A DNA stretch of 64,000 bases. It comes from a virus. Taxonomy: Duplodnaviria > Caudoviricetes. Positions 51,184 through 61,260 of the stretch are shown here, piece after piece; positions within the stretch are counted from its first letter, which is position 1, and the number at the start of each line of letters is the position of its first letter. Under the pieces are notes generated by a model that was not told where the DNA came from, did not search any database, and saw only the letters and a list, made by a program, of their open reading frames with translations. Made by a program: the position numbers and the translations under genes. The DNA lies in IMG/VR virus record IMGVR_UViG_3300038393_000743, positions 6,018 through 70,017 of that record, one strand, 5' to 3'.

Positions 51184-51899
51184 TGCCGGGGCTGACCTAC
51201 TCCAGTTTCGTGACGTCGCTGGCCAACTTGCTGCCGGTCGACACGGCTGACCCCGGCTTCATCACGGTGCTGCCGAATATCATCGACGACGCCGAGCAGC
51301 GGATCTACCGCGAGCTGGATCTGCTCTCGACCGTCGTCACTGCTACCGGCGTTCTCACCGCTGGCAGCCGCAAGTTCTCGCTGCCGACCATCAGCGGCAC
51401 CTTCGTTGTGGTTGAAGAGATGAACGCGATTGTGCCGGCTGGGGTCACCAACCCGGAGCTGGGTTCGCGGGTGCCGTTGCTGCCGGTCTCCAGGGAATAT
51501 CTCGACGTTGTTTATCCGAGCGCGGCCGGCGAAGGCGTCCCGGCGCTGTTCGCGCCGATCACCCAGCAGGACTGGATTCTGGGGCCGTGGCCCGACGGAA
51601 ACTATACCGTCGAGGTGGTCGGCACCATTCGGCCCGCCGCACTCTCGGCTTCCAACCCGACGACGTTCCTCAGCCAGTATCTGCCCGACGTGTTTCTGGC
51701 CGCGGCGATGGTTTTCTCGGCTGCATACCAGCAAAACTTCTCGGCCACGGGCGACAACCCGCAGTCTTCGATAAGCTGGGAGACGCATTTGGCAAAATTG
51801 CTCGAATCGGCGCGGGTCGAGGAGATCCGTAAAAAGTTCGGAGCGCAGGGTTGGTCGTCGAAGTCGCCAGATCCGGTGGCAACGCCGCCGCGGACGTAG
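51183..51899 (+). CDS. Tail / adaptor protein
   Basis: LTYSSFV...IIDDAEQRIYREL...GPWPD..Y...L...PD..LAA pattern. Confidence 0.7.
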   Translation: MPGLTYSSFVTSLANLLPVDTADPGFITVLPNIIDDAEQRIYRELDLLSTVVTATGVLTAGSRKFSLPTISGTFVVVEEMNAIVPAGVTNPELGSRVPLLPVSREYLDVVYPSAAGEGVPALFAPITQQDWILGPWPDGNYTVEVVGTIRPAALSASNPTTFLSQYLPDVFLAAAMVFSAAYQQNFSATGDNPQSSISWETHLAKLLESARVEEIRKKFGAQGWSSKSPDPVATPPRT

Positions 51900-51944
51900 G
51901 GGGCTATTGGTGGCGGCATCTGAGATCAAGCAAGGGGGAGTGAA

Positions 51945-52952
51945 GTGGTCAATCCGCGCACGGTAAACACGGGAATCATCGTGCCTCTGACGGGTGCGGA
52001 TGTGGACCTCTGGGGCGAGGACGACGTCAACCCCAATATGGTGGCGATCGACGGCCTTTTCGGTGGCGTGCAGTCCATCCCCGTCAGCTCCGGCATCGTG
52101 ACGCTGACGTCGCCATCGGGCTTTACGGCAACGCCGGGGCCGGGCCCTACCCAAGCGCAGAACGCGGTGATTCGATTTACCGGCGCTCTCGTTGGCAATG
52201 TCCTTGTGATTCTGCCCCTGCCGGGGCGCTACGTCATGGAGAACCTCACCACCGGCGCCGCGCAGATTCAGGTGCAGGGGGCCACCGCCCAGGTCGAAGC
52301 GGTGTCGCTGCCGCCAGGAGAGCCCGTCACCGTCTACAATGATGGATCCGTTGTCCGCTTTGTCGGGATGGGAAGACCGGGCGCGCTGGAGTTTTGGGCT
52401 GGCCTCAACGCGATCCCGGGCTGGGTGATATTCAATACGATCAAGCCGTACCTGCTCTGTGACGGCACGGTCTACAATGTGTCGGATTATCCCTATTTGT
52501 TCAATCGCCTCGGCGGGAGCTTCGGCGGCAACGGCGTTAGCACATTTGCCGTCCCGGACCTGCGCGGCCGCTATCCGCTCGCTTATGATGGCACAGGCTC
52601 GCGCGTCACCGTGGGCGGCTGCGGCATCAACGGCCAAGCCATCGGCGCCGCGCTGGATGCGCAAAGCATCACATTGACGGCAGCGCAGATGCCGTCGCAT
52701 TTTCACGGCGCTGGCATTTATGATCCGACCCACGCTCACAGCGTCGCCAACCTTGCCGGCAGCACCGGCAACACCGGCGGCGGCGGCGCGTTCGGCAACA
52801 CCCCCGTTGCGGGCGCCACCGCCGCAGCAGCCACCGGCGTTCGTGTCAACTCCTCCAACGGGCTCGACACCACCTACAGCTCCGGGGGCAGTGGATCCCA
52901 TAACAATATGCCGAACACCCTGGTGACCGGAATCTGGGTCGTGAAGACCTGA
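51945..52952 (+). CDS. Tail collar domain protein (short tail fibre-like)
   Basis: YLLCDGTVYNVSDYPYLF...FGGNGVSTFAVPDLRGR...HNNMP. Confidence 0.88.
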   Translation: MVNPRTVNTGIIVPLTGADVDLWGEDDVNPNMVAIDGLFGGVQSIPVSSGIVTLTSPSGFTATPGPGPTQAQNAVIRFTGALVGNVLVILPLPGRYVMENLTTGAAQIQVQGATAQVEAVSLPPGEPVTVYNDGSVVRFVGMGRPGALEFWAGLNAIPGWVIFNTIKPYLLCDGTVYNVSDYPYLFNRLGGSFGGNGVSTFAVPDLRGRYPLAYDGTGSRVTVGGCGINGQAIGAALDAQSITLTAAQMPSHFHGAGIYDPTHAHSVANLAGSTGNTGGGGAFGNTPVAGATAAAATGVRVNSSNGLDTTYSSGGSGSHNNMPNTLVTGIWVVKT

Positions 52953-52996
52953 TCGGGTAGATTGGCGCCTCGGCGCATATTGAGAGGGACCAAGCT

Positions 52997-55042
52997 ATGG
53001 CATTCGGCGGCGTCAAGCTCGTGCCCGGGGTAAACGTCGAGCGCACGCCGACCTTGAATGAGGCCGGCGTCGTGGCGAGCCAATTGATCCGCTATCGCGA
53101 CAGCCTGATCCAGAAATATGGCGGCTGGCAAAACTTCTATCCGTTCGCGATCGGCGGGGTGCCGCGCGACCTGCATGCGTGGCAGGACCTCAACACCGTG
53201 AGCCGGCTCGCGATCGGCACCACCGCGCAGCTCGCTGTGGTGACCGGGTCCACCCTGAAGGCACTGACGCCGCAGACCAAGGTCAGCGATTTTGCGCCGA
53301 ACTTCTCGACCACGGTCGGCTCGGCCAGCGTTCTGGTCACCGATGGCAACATCAACACGGTGACGACTTACGATTCGGTGTTCTTCAACACCCCGGTCGA
53401 GGTCGGCGGCATCGTGTTGTCCGGGCTCTATCCGATCGACACCGTCACCGGCGTTCACAGCTATCGGATTACGGCTGCCACCAAGGCTACGGCGCTGGTT
53501 AACAACGGCGGCGCTGTTCCAGTTTTCACCACCGGGATCAACAGCTCCAACGTCTCGGTAGGCTTCCCGGGCCACGGTCTAGGTGCTGCGCCCCAGAACA
53601 CAATCGTGTTTCCCATCCCGACCAATGCCAACGGGATCACCATCCAAGGCCTCTACACCGCGACCTCGATCACCGACGCCAATAATTTCATCATCCCGGC
53701 TAACGCGCAGGCCACTGCCGCCGGAGCGGTTCCGATGAACGGCGGCAACGCCGAGATAGTCTATTACATTACCCTGGGGCCGCCACCCGGCGGCGTCGGC
53801 TATGGTCTTGGTGGCTATGGTCTCGGCGGCTACGGCCTGGGGACGGCGCAGGCGGGGCAGCAAGGCACCCCGATCACCGCCTCGGATTGGACCATGGATA
53901 ATTGGGGCCAATTGCTGCTGGCGTGTCCGAAGGGCGGCGGGATCTATTACTGGGACCCGACTGGCGGTTTCCAGAACGTCAGCCTGATCTCCTCGGGCCC
54001 TATCTTCAATGCCGGCATATTCGTCTCGACGTCCGCGCAGATCCTAATTGCCTATGGTTCGACCGCGACCGAGCAGATCGGCGTGCTGCAGGATCCGATG
54101 CTGGTGCAGTGGAGCGATTCGGGAAACTTCTTCGATTGGACCCCGAGCGACACCAATCTGGCGCGCAATTTCCGCATTCCGATCGGGTCACGCATCGTGG
54201 CCGGCATGGCGGTGTCGAATCAGAACCTGATCTGGACCGATCTCGACCTCTGGATCATGAACTTCATCGGCTTCCCGAACGTCTACGGCTTCAACAAGAT
54301 CGGTGCGGGGGCCGGCGCGGCATCTTCGCACGCGGTGCAGTCACTGCGCGGCGGCGTGCACTGGATGGGCGCCTCAAACTTCTATCGTTACGCCGGCGCC
54401 GGCGTGGAGGTGGTGCCGTGCCCGGTGTGGGACTTCGTGTTCCAGAACATCGACATGACGAAAATCAACAACGTGCGCGCGATGCCGAACACGCCGTTCA
54501 ATGAGGTCGGCTACCTGTTCACGACGACAGCAAGCTCGAACGGCGAGAACGACGCTTACGTCAAATACAACATCAGCGAGCCCGGGCAGCCATGGGATTA
54601 TGGCTACCTGCCGCGCTCGGCCTGGATCGATCAGAACGTGTTCGGGCCGCCGATCGCCGCCAACCCGGCCGGTGTGATCTACCAGCACGAGACCACCAAT
54701 GATGCTGCGGGGCAGCCGCTCTCGTGGTCCTACACCACCGGCTATTTCCGGCTCGGCGAAGGCGAGGACTATGTCTTCGTCGATCAGTGGAGGCCTGATT
54801 TTATCTGGGGCGAGTACGGCGATCCGGCCACGGCGCAGATCAGGATGACATTCGATGTGGTCGACTATCCTGGCGACACGCCGCGCACTTACGGTCCATA
54901 CACCGTGACCAAGGCGACGCAGTTCATCACCACGCGGTTTCGCGGCGGCCTCGTCGCGATCACCGTCTCCGGCGACGACCTTGGGAGTTTCTCGCGGTTG
55001 GGGTATGTCAGGTATCGCTATTCAGCAACTGGGAGACGGTGA
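52997..55042 (+). CDS. Tail nozzle / DNA-stabilisation protein (P22 gp10-like beta-propeller)
   Basis: 681 aa; LIRYRD...QKYGGW, WTMDNWGQ, VQWSD...DW.P, LIWTD..LW.M..IG repeats. Confidence 0.75.
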   Translation: MAFGGVKLVPGVNVERTPTLNEAGVVASQLIRYRDSLIQKYGGWQNFYPFAIGGVPRDLHAWQDLNTVSRLAIGTTAQLAVVTGSTLKALTPQTKVSDFAPNFSTTVGSASVLVTDGNINTVTTYDSVFFNTPVEVGGIVLSGLYPIDTVTGVHSYRITAATKATALVNNGGAVPVFTTGINSSNVSVGFPGHGLGAAPQNTIVFPIPTNANGITIQGLYTATSITDANNFIIPANAQATAAGAVPMNGGNAEIVYYITLGPPPGGVGYGLGGYGLGGYGLGTAQAGQQGTPITASDWTMDNWGQLLLACPKGGGIYYWDPTGGFQNVSLISSGPIFNAGIFVSTSAQILIAYGSTATEQIGVLQDPMLVQWSDSGNFFDWTPSDTNLARNFRIPIGSRIVAGMAVSNQNLIWTDLDLWIMNFIGFPNVYGFNKIGAGAGAASSHAVQSLRGGVHWMGASNFYRYAGAGVEVVPCPVWDFVFQNIDMTKINNVRAMPNTPFNEVGYLFTTTASSNGENDAYVKYNISEPGQPWDYGYLPRSAWIDQNVFGPPIAANPAGVIYQHETTNDAAGQPLSWSYTTGYFRLGEGEDYVFVDQWRPDFIWGEYGDPATAQIRMTFDVVDYPGDTPRTYGPYTVTKATQFITTRFRGGLVAITVSGDDLGSFSRLGYVRYRYSATGRR

Positions 55043-55257
55043 TGCCCGCGGATCTCGACACGCTCAATTCGACCCAGGCCCAGGGGGTGCAGTATTTGGG
55101 CCTGCTCTATCAGGCCCTGAAGAACGCCTTCGGCTTCATCGGCGGCACCAGCGCTACGGCGACCGGCGGGGCGGCGACGCTGCCCGCCAATCCTATTGGG
55201 TTCGTGACGCTGACGTTGCCAAACGGCACGAGCGTGAAAGTTCCTTACTATTCGTAA
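55039..55257 (+). CDS. Small tail-module protein
   Basis: GTGA overlap; C-terminal TLTLPNGTSVKVPYY. Confidence 0.7.
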   Translation: MMPADLDTLNSTQAQGVQYLGLLYQALKNAFGFIGGTSATATGGAATLPANPIGFVTLTLPNGTSVKVPYYS

Positions 55258-55272
55258 GCTAGGGGCTTACCA

Positions 55273-58200
55273 ATGCCGCTCAAGAAGTCATCGTCCCGGG
55301 CGGCCTTCGTCAGCAACCTGAGGACGGAATTAAAGGCCGGTAAGGCGAAGGATCAGGCCCTCGCCATCGCCTATGCGGTGAAGCGGCGCAGCCGCGCCGA
55401 GGGCGGCGAGGTCTCGTTCGACGACCGCTTCACCGGCGAGCCCTACCGCGAGACCGCCGACGACATCGCCGCGCGCGCCCGCAACCTCGTGCGCAGCCAG
55501 CCGCAAAGGATGGAGCGCGTCGTCCCTGACGTCACGCAGGAGCTGGGAGGCCCGCTGATCGGCGATGGCGGCCAGTTCTCGCCCGGCACCGCCTGGGGCA
55601 ACAAAGCCGCTGACATCGGCTCCAGGCTCGTCAAGGGCATGGGCGAGGGCATCGTGCACGACCTCTCGGTGCCCGGCGCCGGGATGAAGCCGAACCCGTA
55701 CCCGGAAGGCTCGGAGGAGTGGCACTGGTACAACGACCAGCTGCAGCAGGCGGCGACGCAGTGGGGCCCCTCGATGGCGCTCAACACGGTCGGCACCGGC
55801 CTGCCGTTCGCGCAGCCGGGGGCTGCTGGAATTTTTGGTGGACGCCTCGCCCAGACTGCCGATCACGCCGCGCTGGCGCGTGCCGAGAAGATGCACGCCG
55901 AAGGCGCGGCGCCCCAGCAGATCCATGCTGAAACCGGGTGGTTCCAGGGCGCCGACGGTAAGTGGCGATTCGAGATCAATGACAAGAACGCCGACTTCCC
56001 GGCGGGTTATCCAACCGACCGCAATATCGCGGCGTCGGTTGGTGCCTTCGAGCACCCGGAGCTGTACAAGGCCTATCCGGATCTGGCGAAAAGCGACCTG
56101 AACGTGCTGCCGCTCGAAGGTTTCAATGGTTCCTATCGCGCGCCATCCCCGGCGACGCCCGGCGACCTGATCCCGCCGCCGCGGGAGGCTATCAATCTGA
56201 ACCAGACCCCGGATCGGCTGCAGGCGCGATCGACCATGCTGCACGAGTTGCAGCATGCCGTGCAGCAGCGCGAGGGCTTCTCGCCAGGATCCAATCCGGA
56301 TGCTTGGCGATACGTCGCGCAGCCGGTCGAGGACGCGCGAAAGCTGATTGAGCTGGGATCGCCTTATGAATTTACCAAGGCGGTGGGGCGCCAGCCGCAC
56401 CCGGCCGCGCGTGAACTTGTCGCCCGCTTGACTCCGGAGGAGTTGGCAAAGGTCGAAACCGACCCATATGAGCTGTATCGCCGGGTTGCCGGCGAGGTCG
56501 AGGCGCGCAATGTTCAAAATCGCCGCGATCTATCTGGCGCGTTTCGCAGACTGAAATATCCCCGCGCCGGGGAAGATATTCCCGCTGAAAAGCAGTTGAT
56601 TGGAGCCTCCCATGACCCAGCCGCCCCGACCGCAGACGCCGCCCCCGCTCAACCAGGAGCAGCCGCCGACCCCGCAGCAGTGGGATCCGGAGGAGGAGGG
56701 CCGGGAGGAAATGCGAGCCTATCAGAAGCACAGGCAGCGGCAGCGCGGTGGGCCGGTGAGCGAAAGCCGCTAGAGGGCCTTCCGGGCCCGCTCAAGATTG
56801 GCGATGAGCATTTCGTCCCGGGCCCGATCGGGAAGATCCACGACGTCGCCGAAGACTACATGCGGACGCATCACCCCGATCGTCCCTACACGCCACCGAC
56901 GCGCTATCATCCACTGGATCCAGAGCACTCCAAGGCCATCGCACAGGCCTATGAGGAGATGCAGCACACCCCGAACGACCCGGCCACGCGGGCGTCCTAT
57001 GACGCTCTGATCAAGGAGACAGCGGACCAGTATCAGGCGATCAAGAAGACCGGACTCAAGATCGAGCCCATCCTCCCGGGGATGGAAGATCCGTATGCCG
57101 CGAACCCACGGCTGGCGGCGAAGGACGTCGCGGAAAACAATCATCTGTGGTTCTTCCCGACCGAGAGCGGATTCGGCACGGTTAACAAGATCTCCGACAA
57201 CCCCATGTTGCGCAACACCGGCGAGAAGATCGGCGATCATCCGCTGCTCGCCAATGATATGTTTCGGATAGTTCATGATTACTTCGGCCACCTGAAGGAG
57301 GGCCACGGCTTCCGCGCCGCCGGCGAGGACAATGCGTGGCGCACCCACTCGGCCATGTACAGCGACATCGCGCGGCCGGCGATGACCACCGAGACGCGCG
57401 GCCAGAACTCCTGGGTGAACTACGGCCCGCACGGCGAAAAGAACCGCACGGCCAACGCCGCCGACACCACCTATGCCGACCAGAAGGTCGGGCTGCTGCC
57501 GGAATGGGTGATGCGCGACCGCGGCTCGCCGGCGCCGGTGATGGTCTATCATGGCACCCCGCACTCGTTCGACCGCTTCGACATCTCCAAGATCGGCGCC
57601 GGCGAAGGCAATCAAGCCTACGGCCACGGCCTCTACTTCGCCGGCCACGAGCCGGTCTCGGAGTGGTACCGGCATCAGCTGGCAACGCGCCAGGACCCGC
57701 TGCTGCAAAATTACAAGCTGCAGGACGTCGGCCACGTCATCGGCTCGCACCTGTCCGACTTCGGCGGCGATGCGGCCAAGCTGGCGGCCAAGTATGCCGA
57801 CGAGCGCAACAAGCTGATCGCGAGCGGCGACACCAGCAAGGCGACGTCGAACATGATCGACGAGTACGCGCGCCGGATCGACTACCTCAACAATCCGCAG
57901 CGCGCGACCGGCCACATGTATCAGGTTGGCATGAACGTGAACCCCGAGCACCTGCTCGACTACGACGCGATGTTCGCCAACCAGAGCCCGTACGTCCAGG
58001 GCCGCACCGGCCCGGTGATGGAGCAGAGCATCAAGGAGCAGCTCGCGGCGATCGACCGGCTGCTGGAGAAAGGCGGCACCGGCACGCCGGGCACGCGCTC
58101 GTTCCGGCCCTACACCAGCTTCAAGAAGCAGGATCTCGAAGGCCGCCGGCTGATGCTGGAGCAGGCCGGCCCGAACGCATTCAAGGGCAGCGAGATCTAT

Positions 58201-60438
58201 CAGCGCACCGGGCTGCCGGCGAAGGATCCGAACGAGGCCGCGGTGAACGCTTCGCAGCGGTTGCGCGCGATGGACATCCCGGGCCTGCGCTACAAGGATG
58301 CCGGCTCGCGCGCGCCCGGCCAGCAGGGCTCGCACAATTACGTCATGTTCGGGGACGACATGCTGAAGATCTTGCGCAAATACGGCGTGGTCGGGATCCC
58401 GGCCGCGGGCGTGCTCGGGGCCGATGGTGAGGAGCGCCGCGCCCGCGGTGGCAAGGTCGATCGCGCGATGCGGCTGGCGCGCCGGCGGGCGGAAGGCGGC
58501 GCCGCGTTCGGCGTGCTGTCGCCGGCGGAAGAGGCCGAGCTGCCGGAGGGCGTGCCGGCCAAGGTGATCCGCGGCGCGGCGATGAACTTCGCGACGCTGC
58601 CGAAGCGGGCCTATGAAAGCTCGCAGCGCATGGTCGAGACCGGCGAATACGATCCGGCGCCGATCCTGGAGGCGGCGACGCTGCCGATGGGGACCGGCGC
58701 CATGGCCGGCGCCCGCGCGCTGCCGCGCGAGATGATCGCGGGCTCCGGCCCGGTGCGCCGGCTGGTCGACGACACCGGTTCGGCGATGACCAAGCCAAGC
58801 CGGATCTATGCCGAGCCGGAATATGCCCCGAGCGGCAGCATGATCATCAACAAGGGCGTCGAGAACCCGCCGAACCGTAAGATCCAGACCGTCGCCGATC
58901 CCTATCGGATGATGTTCCCTGGCGTCTATCGCAACCCGCGCATCATCGCCGAGGAAGCGGCCGCGCGCGTCGGCGAGGAAGACCCGGCGATGCAGCGCCT
59001 GTTCGGCGTCACCCGCGGTGATCTGCGCGAGATGGCGCAGGGCCGCATCGGCAACGAGGAGCCAGTGGTGCCGCCGTCGGGCGCGCGGTCGCGCGGATCG
59101 CTCAGCGCGCAGAACATCCAGACCCCGCAGAACACCCAGCGGCTCCAGGACATCCTGGCCGAGGCCGGCCGCCACGAGGGTCTGCGCACCGCCGATGCGT
59201 GGTACATCATGGACCCGGTCTATCGGCGCATGGTCGAGCTGTTCGGGCCCGAGGAGGCCGCGGCGCGCTATCGCCGCCTCAACACGCTGACCGGCATGGC
59301 CTCACCCGGCTCCGACGTCATGACCGAGATTCAGCGCGGCACCGGCGCGCACTGGCTCAACGAGCAGGGCCGGTTCGGCGACTTCCAGAAATATGCCGGC
59401 GTGCCCGAGGCGATGCGGTCGAGCCAGCGCTTCCCGAGCGACATGCGCTACATTGGCGGCCACCCGTATCATCGGACCTCGCAGGGCGATCCGATGGCGA
59501 AATACCTGGAGCACGGCTCGATCCAGAGCGACGCGCCCAAGGTGCCGCTCTATGTCCACGCCTCCGGCGTTCCGGAGACCGGCTTCCAGACCTCGGGCCC
59601 GGTCGGCGACGCGCACTTCTCGCGCGGCGTCGGATTGTCCGATACCCGCAAGGGGCCGACCGATGTCCAGGGCTCGTTCTCCAAACCCGAATACCAGACG
59701 CTGCAGCCGTGGTGGCAGCACGAGGTGGCGGGCGAGGTCGGCCTGGAGAGCGTGCCGGCGCAGGCGCGGCTATGGACCGCGCTGGGGCCGCAGACCGGCG
59801 TCGAGAGCGAACTGGGAGCGCCGAAATTGGAATTGCTGGCGAAGCAGATCATGACGGCGGCGAAGCGCCTGCGGGTTTCGCCGGAGACCGCGCGCGACAT
59901 GGTGCTGTCGGGCAAGGCCGGCGCCGGCGTCCTCGCTGGCGGCATGCTGGCGCCGAGCGCGATCGAGGCGATGCGCGAGCCGCGCGCCGACGGCGGCAAG
60001 GTCTCTAGCGCTTTGGCGCTGGCCCGCAGCGTCAAGCGGGCGCGCGGCGGCAAGGTCCACACCGGCGCGATCATCGGCGACACCGACGGCCGCGCCGACG
60101 AGGTGCCGATGGAGGTGCCGGATGGCGCCTACGTGCTCACCGCCGACCACGTCTCGTCGATGGGCGAGGGCAACACGCTCGGCGGCTTCAAGAAGCTCGA
60201 CCAGATGTTCCCGAAATCGGCGGCCTCGCACCGCGCGCAGAAGATCGTCAAGCGCGCGGCCGGCGGCGCTGTTCCGATCTATGCAGCGGACGGTGAATAC
60301 GTTATCTGTCCGGAAGACATCACCGATCGCTGGGGCGATCTCGAAGCGGGTCACCGCTATCTCGATGCGTGGCAGACCTCGTCACGCAAGGAGCACGTCA
60401 ACACGCTGCGCAACCTCGCGCCGCCAGCCCAGGACTGA
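55273..60438 (+). CDS. Large polyvalent virion protein (LPD23-like, zincin HExxH, second metallo-motif, ART-like modules) punctuated by RAxGG motifs
   Basis: ETGWFQGADGKWRFEI; LHELQHAVQ; VHDYFGH...GEDNAW; VYHGTPHSFDRFD...GLYFA; six RAxGG motifs. Confidence 0.8.
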   Translation: MPLKKSSSRAAFVSNLRTELKAGKAKDQALAIAYAVKRRSRAEGGEVSFDDRFTGEPYRETADDIAARARNLVRSQPQRMERVVPDVTQELGGPLIGDGGQFSPGTAWGNKAADIGSRLVKGMGEGIVHDLSVPGAGMKPNPYPEGSEEWHWYNDQLQQAATQWGPSMALNTVGTGLPFAQPGAAGIFGGRLAQTADHAALARAEKMHAEGAAPQQIHAETGWFQGADGKWRFEINDKNADFPAGYPTDRNIAASVGAFEHPELYKAYPDLAKSDLNVLPLEGFNGSYRAPSPATPGDLIPPPREAINLNQTPDRLQARSTMLHELQHAVQQREGFSPGSNPDAWRYVAQPVEDARKLIELGSPYEFTKAVGRQPHPAARELVARLTPEELAKVETDPYELYRRVAGEVEARNVQNRRDLSGAFRRLKYPRAGEDIPAEKQLIGASHDPAAPTADAAPAQPGAAADPAAVGSGGGGPGGNASLSEAQAAAARWAGERKPLEGLPGPLKIGDEHFVPGPIGKIHDVAEDYMRTHHPDRPYTPPTRYHPLDPEHSKAIAQAYEEMQHTPNDPATRASYDALIKETADQYQAIKKTGLKIEPILPGMEDPYAANPRLAAKDVAENNHLWFFPTESGFGTVNKISDNPMLRNTGEKIGDHPLLANDMFRIVHDYFGHLKEGHGFRAAGEDNAWRTHSAMYSDIARPAMTTETRGQNSWVNYGPHGEKNRTANAADTTYADQKVGLLPEWVMRDRGSPAPVMVYHGTPHSFDRFDISKIGAGEGNQAYGHGLYFAGHEPVSEWYRHQLATRQDPLLQNYKLQDVGHVIGSHLSDFGGDAAKLAAKYADERNKLIASGDTSKATSNMIDEYARRIDYLNNPQRATGHMYQVGMNVNPEHLLDYDAMFANQSPYVQGRTGPVMEQSIKEQLAAIDRLLEKGGTGTPGTRSFRPYTSFKKQDLEGRRLMLEQAGPNAFKGSEIYQRTGLPAKDPNEAAVNASQRLRAMDIPGLRYKDAGSRAPGQQGSHNYVMFGDDMLKILRKYGVVGIPAAGVLGADGEERRARGGKVDRAMRLARRRAEGGAAFGVLSPAEEAELPEGVPAKVIRGAAMNFATLPKRAYESSQRMVETGEYDPAPILEAATLPMGTGAMAGARALPREMIAGSGPVRRLVDDTGSAMTKPSRIYAEPEYAPSGSMIINKGVENPPNRKIQTVADPYRMMFPGVYRNPRIIAEEAAARVGEEDPAMQRLFGVTRGDLREMAQGRIGNEEPVVPPSGARSRGSLSAQNIQTPQNTQRLQDILAEAGRHEGLRTADAWYIMDPVYRRMVELFGPEEAAARYRRLNTLTGMASPGSDVMTEIQRGTGAHWLNEQGRFGDFQKYAGVPEAMRSSQRFPSDMRYIGGHPYHRTSQGDPMAKYLEHGSIQSDAPKVPLYVHASGVPETGFQTSGPVGDAHFSRGVGLSDTRKGPTDVQGSFSKPEYQTLQPWWQHEVAGEVGLESVPAQARLWTALGPQTGVESELGAPKLELLAKQIMTAAKRLRVSPETARDMVLSGKAGAGVLAGGMLAPSAIEAMREPRADGGKVSSALALARSVKRARGGKVHTGAIIGDTDGRADEVPMEVPDGAYVLTADHVSSMGEGNTLGGFKKLDQMFPKSAASHRAQKIVKRAAGGAVPIYAADGEYVICPEDITDRWGDLEAGHRYLDAWQTSSRKEHVNTLRNLAPPAQD

Positions 60439-60441
60439 TCG

Positions 60442-60708
60442 ATGGCAGATGTGGAAGTGGTCTACGTGACCGAACTGGAGGCCTCCGGCTTCCTCAACGG
60501 CGTCATCAACATGGCGTTCTCGACCTACCATTTCATCCCGCAATACGCCCCGGCGGAAGAGGGCGAGGCCGAGGGTCGCCTCGTCATCGCGCCGGCGCCG
60601 CGGATCTCGGCGAACCTGCGGTTCGACCTGCGGCTGGCGCAGATCATGCGCGACCGGCTCAACGATCTGATCGAAGAGAACACCAAGCCAGCGAGGGCTG
60701 CGAATTGA
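60442..60708 (+). CDS. DUF3467-like small protein
   Basis: VYVTE...GVINMAFS...ISANLRFDLRLAQIMRDRL. Confidence 0.5.
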   Translation: MADVEVVYVTELEASGFLNGVINMAFSTYHFIPQYAPAEEGEAEGRLVIAPAPRISANLRFDLRLAQIMRDRLNDLIEENTKPARAAN

Positions 60709-61181
60709 CCCTGGTTACGATCCCGGTCCGAAAGGCCAAACCGCGAGATCGAGAAGCGATCCTCAAAATCTGTCGCCAGAACCACGAGGAGAACGGACAG
60801 TTCTCGCTGGCGATGCCCAAGGTCGAGGCGATGGTCGACAAGGCCTTCGCCAACCAGGGCGCCATCATCGGCGTGGTCGGCCGCGACAAGATCGAAGGCA
60901 TGATCTTTCTGCTGATCGCTCAGTTTTGGTACAGTGAAGACTGGTGCCTCGAAGAAATTCTCAATTACGTGCTGCCGGAGCATCGTCGCTCCACGCATGC
61001 CAAGGACATGATCTCGTTCGCCAAGCGCTGCTCGGACGAGATCGGCATTCCGCTGGTGATCGGCGTCGTCGCCAATGAGCGCACCAAGGCGAAGATGGAG
61101 CTGTACCGGCGTCAGCTCGGCGACCCCTGCGGCGGCTACTTCCTGCACCGCCCCGCACACCCTCTGGTGCAGACCGCCTGA
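60705..61181 (+). CDS. GNAT-fold acetyltransferase-like protein
   Basis: VRKAKPRDREAIL...YVLPEHRRSTHAKDMISFAKR; TTG start with TTGA overlap. Confidence 0.7.
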   Translation: MTLVTIPVRKAKPRDREAILKICRQNHEENGQFSLAMPKVEAMVDKAFANQGAIIGVVGRDKIEGMIFLLIAQFWYSEDWCLEEILNYVLPEHRRSTHAKDMISFAKRCSDEIGIPLVIGVVANERTKAKMELYRRQLGDPCGGYFLHRPAHPLVQTA

Positions 61182-61260
61182 ATTGTGTATGTCGGGGGAT
61201 CATTTACCCCCCGCGCGCGCCGCCCGGGTCTTACGGTCAAGCTGACCGGGATTGAGACCC

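Noticed and set aside
53790-53845. GGYGLGGYGLG repeat in the nozzle gene
   Set aside because: Short Gly-Tyr coding repeat that I recall as common in this nozzle family; not a separate element
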